From the NCBI GenBank assembly GCA_040902005.1, contig JBBDYA010000090.1, forward strand, positions 1 to 20,472: DNA of 20,472 bases, in the 5' to 3' direction. A program made the position numbers and the translations under genes. The notes under the pieces are model-generated. The model searched no databases. It saw only the letters and a program-made list of their open reading frames with translations, and was not told the origin of the DNA. The stretch is from Gemmatimonadaceae bacterium (GTDB lineage: Bacteria > Gemmatimonadota > Gemmatimonadetes > Gemmatimonadales > Gemmatimonadaceae). This document shows positions 16,557 through 20,472 of this stretch, one piece after another; the stretch's first letter is position 1; each line of letters opens with the position of its first letter.

Positions 16557-18044
16557 TCATCGGCGGCCCTCGGCGGCCCAGTGCAGCGCGGTCCCCACGG
16601 CTCGCTTCCACTCGCCCCGAAGTCGAGCCCGCGATTGCGCGGCCGCCGCGGCCGGCTCGAACACCGTGAACCGCGTGGCGTCGAGAAAGCGCTCGGCTGA
16701 TTTCCAGACGCCGGACGCGAGGCCGGCGAGGCCGGCGGCACCGAGCGCCGTGGTTTCGATGACGGACGGACGCTCCACCGGCACGCCAGTGAGGTCCGCC
16801 TGGAACTGCATCAGCCAGTCGTTTTCCGCCGCCCCGCCATCCACGCGCAAGCGCGAGAACGTGTGGCCGCTTCCGGCGGACATCGCGTCCATCACGTCCG
16901 CCGTGGCGTAGGCCATGGCCTCGATTGCCGCGCGGGCGAGATGGGCGCGCGTGGTGCCTCGCGTGAGTCCCACGATCGTGCCGCGCGCGTCCGGCTCCCA
17001 CCAGGGCGCCCCGAGTCCGACGAGTGCCGGAACGAAGTACACGCCATCGTTGGAGTCGAGCGCGCGCGCGAGCGCCTCCGTTTCTTTCGCCGTGGCGATG
17101 ATGCCAAGTCCGTCGCGCAGCCATTGCACGGCCGCGCCGGCGATGAAGATGGATGCCTCCAGTGCGTACGCGGGTTCGCCGCGAGGCCCGCACGCGACGG
17201 TCGTGAGCAATCCCTCCGCGGCCGTGGGGCGCGATGCTCCCGTGTTGAGCAACAGGAAGGCGCCCGTGCCGTACGTATTCTTGGCGAGTCCGGCGTGCCA
17301 GCATCCCTGGCCGAACATGGCGGCCTGTTGATCACCGGCGACGCCGCTGATCGGAAGGTCGCGACCCAGGTGGCGTGCACTGGCCACACCGAAATCACCG
17401 CTGGAGGGTCGTACGTCCGCCAGCAGGTGGCGCGGGACGTGAAACAGCTGGCACAATTCGTCGCTCCAGGCCATCTCGTCGATGTCGTACAACATCGTCC
17501 GGGACGCGTTGGTGTGATCGGTGGCGTGCACGGCGCCATCGGTCAGCCGCCAGATGAGCCAGGAGTCGATCGTTCCCGCGGCCAGCGTGTGCTCGTCGGC
17601 GCCGGCGGGCAGCCCCTCGCGCAGGAGCCACTCCAGCTTGGTCGCCGAGAAGTACGGATCCGTCACGAGGCCGGTGCGTGCCCGCAGGCGCGCGGCGTCG
17701 CCGGCGAGCGCCGCGCACCGGTCCGCGGTGCGCCGGTCCTGCCACACGATGGCCCGATGGACCGGGACGCCCGTGCGCCGGTCCCAGACGACGATCGTCT
17801 CGCGCTGGTTGGTGATGCCAAGCGCCCGGACGGACAGCGGCGATGCGTCGAGCGCCTCGCGCGCCGCCTCGACGGTTCTCGCAAAGATCTCGTCCGCGTC
17901 GTGTTCCACCCAGCCGGGACGCGGAAAGTGCTGGGTGATCTCGCGGTAGGCGCGCGCGACGATGCGCCCGTCGGACCCGACGACCAGGCAGGTCACTCCC
18001 GTGGTGCCCTCGTCGATGGCGAGGATGGCGTCCTGTTGCGTCAC
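16557..18044 (-). CDS. glpK: Glycerol kinase
   Basis: AIDEGTTG, PGWVEHD, GITNQRET, AIVWQDRRT, DPYFSATK, TDHTNASRTM, GDQQAA, KNTYGTG, YFVPALVGLGAP, DGGAAEND.LMQFQAD, ETTALGAA. GTG start overlaps the topoisomerase IB stop. Confidence 0.96.
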   Translation of the reverse strand: MTQQDAILAIDEGTTGVTCLVVGSDGRIVARAYREITQHFPRPGWVEHDADEIFARTVEAAREALDASPLSVRALGITNQRETIVVWDRRTGVPVHRAIVWQDRRTADRCAALAGDAARLRARTGLVTDPYFSATKLEWLLREGLPAGADEHTLAAGTIDSWLIWRLTDGAVHATDHTNASRTMLYDIDEMAWSDELCQLFHVPRHLLADVRPSSGDFGVASARHLGRDLPISGVAGDQQAAMFGQGCWHAGLAKNTYGTGAFLLLNTGASRPTAAEGLLTTVACGPRGEPAYALEASIFIAGAAVQWLRDGLGIIATAKETEALARALDSNDGVYFVPALVGLGAPWWEPDARGTIVGLTRGTTRAHLARAAIEAMAYATADVMDAMSAGSGHTFSRLRVDGGAAENDWLMQFQADLTGVPVERPSVIETTALGAAGLAGLASGVWKSAERFLDATRFTVFEPAAAAAQSRARLRGEWKRAVGTALHWAAEGRR

Positions 18045-19096
18045 GCCGGAGAAGGTAGCGCGCGCGACACCGCGGTCGCTACCGCGCGTCTCACGCGGCG
18101 TCGCTCCGGGAAGTGCTGGTCGAGGAACACGATGAGGGCGCGCTCCTCGTCGGAGTGCGCGAACGTGTCGCTCCGGCGCGCCGATCGGCCGCGCCTGCGC
18201 GTCAGCACGATCGTCTCGCCCGCATCGAGGTAGCGCGCCACCACCATGGGGTGGACGTACGACGACCGGCAGATCGCCGGTGTGTTGCCCAACTCGGAGG
18301 CGACGAGGCGCATCACGAGCGCCACATTGCGGCGCGCCTCACTGCTGGTGCGCGCCGGACCCAGTTCGGCGAGCACCGTGGCGGCCCGCAGCGTACCGCC
18401 CCACGTGCGGAAGTCCTTCACCGCGAAGGGGCCTGCCTCCCGGCGGAGAAACTCCATCAGCGTACGCGCATCAAGGTCACACCAGACGCCCTCCGAGCGG
18501 TAGCGAAAGAGCCGATCCCCCGGCGTGCGACGCAGCCGGTCGACCAGTCGGACCAGCTCGGGATTGGTGACGAACTGTCGCTGCGGCTGATTCGACTTGC
18601 CGACATAGGTGAACACCGCGCGGCGTCCCTGCACGCGCACGTGCCGCTTGCGCATGGTGGTCAGTCCGTAGCTGCGGTTTTCGCGCGTGTATCGGTCCGA
18701 TCCCGGGCGAAACAGACTTTCGCTGATCAGGCGCAGCGCAATGGCGCACGCGGCGTCCCGCGACAACTGGCGCGATCGGGAGCGGGCGCGAAGCACCCGG
18801 CGCACGCGCGGCAGCTGCCTCGCCAGCGCGCGGACGCGATGGTGCTTGCGCAACTCCCGCGTGCCGACCGCGCGTTCGTTGTAGCGGTACTGCTTGCGCC
18901 CGCGGGCGTCGAACCCCCAGGCCTGGATGGAGCGCCGCGCCGCAGGCGAGACGTGCACGTCGCGCCACGCGGGCGGAATTCTCAGCTTCTCGATGCGCGC
19001 GAGGGTGCGCGTGTCGCGCAGATTGCCCCCTGCTTCACGCACGTACCGAAAACCCGATGTCGGCGTTCCCACGCGCAGGATCCAGCGTTCGGCCAT
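18041..19096 (-). CDS. DNA topoisomerase IB (bacterial, poxvirus-like)
   Basis: IPPAWRDV, IQAWGFDARGRKQYRY, FRPGS (Arg), SYGLTT, YVGKS (Lys), KDFRTWGGT (Arg), LGNTPAICRSSYVHP (Asn and catalytic Tyr). Start trimmed to ATG 19096 (MAERWILR); the 19147 start collides with the divergent gene. Confidence 0.93.
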   Translation of the reverse strand: MAERWILRVGTPTSGFRYVREAGGNLRDTRTLARIEKLRIPPAWRDVHVSPAARRSIQAWGFDARGRKQYRYNERAVGTRELRKHHRVRALARQLPRVRRVLRARSRSRQLSRDAACAIALRLISESLFRPGSDRYTRENRSYGLTTMRKRHVRVQGRRAVFTYVGKSNQPQRQFVTNPELVRLVDRLRRTPGDRLFRYRSEGVWCDLDARTLMEFLRREAGPFAVKDFRTWGGTLRAATVLAELGPARTSSEARRNVALVMRLVASELGNTPAICRSSYVHPMVVARYLDAGETIVLTRRRGRSARRSDTFAHSDEERALIVFLDQHFPERRRVRRAVATAVSRALPSPA

Positions 19097-19145
19097 ATCG
19101 GACCGCCCGGCGCAAGAACCAGTCCGAGGGTAAATTGGATGAGTC

Positions 19146-19928
19146 ATGACCTACCAATTCCTGCTGTTCGACGTGGCGGATCGCATCGCGACGATCACGG
19201 TCAACCGGCCGGACAGGCTCAACGCCCTGAACGACGCGACGATGCTGGAGCTGGGCCGGGCCATCGACGACGCGCGCACCAACGCCGCGGTGGGCGGCAT
19301 CGTGCTCACGGGGGCGGGCCGGGCGTTCGTGGCCGGCGCCGACATCACCGAACTGCGCGCGAAGTCGTCGTCGGAGGCGCTTGCCCTGGCGCGGCGCGGG
19401 CAGGACGTGTTCCGCCGGTTCGAGACCTCGCCAAAACCCGTGATCGCGGCGGTCAACGGGTTCGCGCTGGGCGGCGGCTGTGAACTCGCGATGTCGTGTC
19501 ATGTGCGCCTGGCGTCGGACGCCGCCAGGTTCGGGCAGCCCGAGGTGAAGCTGGGGGTGATACCGGGGTATGGCGGTACCCAGCGACTCACGCGCCTGAT
19601 CGGGCGCGGCCGCGCGTTGCAGTTGCTGCTCACCGGCGAGATGATCGACGCAGCCGAGGCCTACCGGCTCGGACTCGTGAACCGCGTGGTCGGTGCGGAG
19701 GAACAGGTGGTGGACGCCGCGCGGGCAATGCTCCGCCTGATGCTTGCGAACGGCCCCCTCGCGCTGGCGCAGTGCATCGACGTGGTGAACCGCGGCGCGG
19801 ACATCGATCTCGAAGAGGCGCTGGCGCTCGAGGCGGCGGCCTTCGGCACGCTGGCCGCGACCGACGACATGCGTGAGGGCACCTCGGCTTTTCTGGACAA
19901 GCGCGCTCCGAACTTCCGCGGCGCATAG
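19146..19928 (+). CDS. Enoyl-CoA hydratase/crotonase family protein
   Basis: ITVNRPDRLNALN, AFVAGADI, KPVIAAVNGFALGGGCELA and FGQPEVKLG (both catalytic Glu), PGYGGTQRL, EGTSAFLDKRAPNF. Confidence 0.95.
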   Translation: MTYQFLLFDVADRIATITVNRPDRLNALNDATMLELGRAIDDARTNAAVGGIVLTGAGRAFVAGADITELRAKSSSEALALARRGQDVFRRFETSPKPVIAAVNGFALGGGCELAMSCHVRLASDAARFGQPEVKLGVIPGYGGTQRLTRLIGRGRALQLLLTGEMIDAAEAYRLGLVNRVVGAEEQVVDAARAMLRLMLANGPLALAQCIDVVNRGADIDLEEALALEAAAFGTLAATDDMREGTSAFLDKRAPNFRGA

Positions 19929-19946
19929 CGCAGCGCCGGGCTCCGG

Positions 19947-20472
19947 GTGACGAATTCACGCGGGCGCGTCGCGACGCTTTCCCTGAAGGATTTCCGGAAT
20001 TTCGAGCGGCTGGACCTCGAGTTTCCCCGTGAGGGATTCGCGCTCGTGGGCGAGAACGGCCAGGGAAAGACCAACCTCCTGGAATCGGTGTACTTTCTCA
20101 GCCTGCTGCGCTCGGTGCGCGGCGCTCGCGACGCGGACGTGACGCGCTTCGGCGCGGATGGCTTTTTCCTGGAAGCCAGCGTGTGCGTGCCGGAGACGCG
20201 CCGGCTCTCGATCGGCTTCGAGCGCCGGGGGCGGCGCAAGCGCGTGCGACGGGACGACGTGATCGTTGAACGCCTGAGTGACGCGCTCGGGATGCTGCCG
20301 GCCGTGATGTTTTCGCCGGGAGACGTCGATCTCGTGGCAGGCGCGGCGAGCGCGCGGCGACGGTTTCTCGACATCATGCTCGCCCTCACCTCCCGCGGCT
20401 ACCTGCGCGCCCTGCAGCAGTACCGGGCGGCGCTCGAGCGGCGCAACGCGGTCCTCCGCGAGGCGGCGCGGG
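19947..20472 (+). CDS. recF: DNA replication/repair protein RecF, 3'-truncated by window edge (absent from ORF track)
   Basis: Manual translation from GTG 19947: MTNSRGRVATLSLKDFRNFERLDLEFPREGFALVGENGQGKTNLLESVYFLSLLRSVRG...AVMFSPGDVDLVAGAASARRRFLD....YLRALQQYRAALERRNAVLR; open to the window end. Confidence 0.95.
   Translation, partial: MTNSRGRVATLSLKDFRNFERLDLEFPREGFALVGENGQGKTNLLESVYFLSLLRSVRGARDADVTRFGADGFFLEASVCVPETRRLSIGFERRGRRKRVRRDDVIVERLSDALGMLPAVMFSPGDVDLVAGAASARRRFLDIMLALTSRGYLRALQQYRAALERRNAVLREAAR

Noticed and set aside
18041..19096. TopIB as a tyrosine integrase or prophage marker
   Set aside because: Motifs are those of bacterial TopIB (KDFRTW, LGNTP..CR.SY.HP); no att sites, phage genes or evident compositional shift around it.
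19097..19145. sigma54-like GG-N10-GC (CGGACTGGTTCTTGC, minus strand) and a TCGGAC/GTCCGA inverted repeat upstream of topIB
   Set aside because: The -24 element deviates from TGGCAC and would leave almost no leader; a 6-bp inverted repeat is expected by chance.
1..20472. CRISPR array, IS element, retron or defence island
   Set aside because: No regularly spaced repeats, transposase, reverse transcriptase or defence nuclease genes seen; coding density is near complete with housekeeping genes.

Overview
GC-rich bacterial chromosomal segment made mostly of core genes; protein style and gene content suggest Gemmatimonadota, but that is inference. On the minus strand, read from the right: uvrA - sdaAB - sdaAA - YbjN/CesT-like gene - pspA - AI-2E transporter - cysS, then a near-consensus sigma70 promoter driving a tRNA-Thr(TGT)/Tyr(GTA)/Gly(TCC) cluster, the order usually found ahead of tuf. 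Divergently on the plus strand is a tightly overlapping five-gene operon: cutA - degenerate macrodomain - membrane-anchored transglutaminase-fold protein lacking its catalytic Cys - ABC ATPase - ABC permease. Converging on it from the right (minus strand) is topoisomerase IB - glpK - YfiM-like gene - ccmF-like gene - TM/double-zinc-ribbon gene. The window ends with an enoyl-CoA hydratase and the 5' part of recF, which the ORF track misses. I see no mobile element, CRISPR array or defence island. Best leads: (i) the cutA-ABC operon carrying two apparent pseudo-enzymes; (ii) an orphan ccmF with an eroded WWD heme-handling motif and two poly-G tracts, one of which would fuse it to the zinc-ribbon gene on a +1 slip; (iii) an exact sigmaW-type ECF promoter (TGAAAC-N16-CGTA) ahead of the YbjN-pspA-AI-2E unit; (iv) a 9-codon mini-ORF bridging two genes by ATGA overlaps at both ends. 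All rest on motif reading only; no database search was possible.
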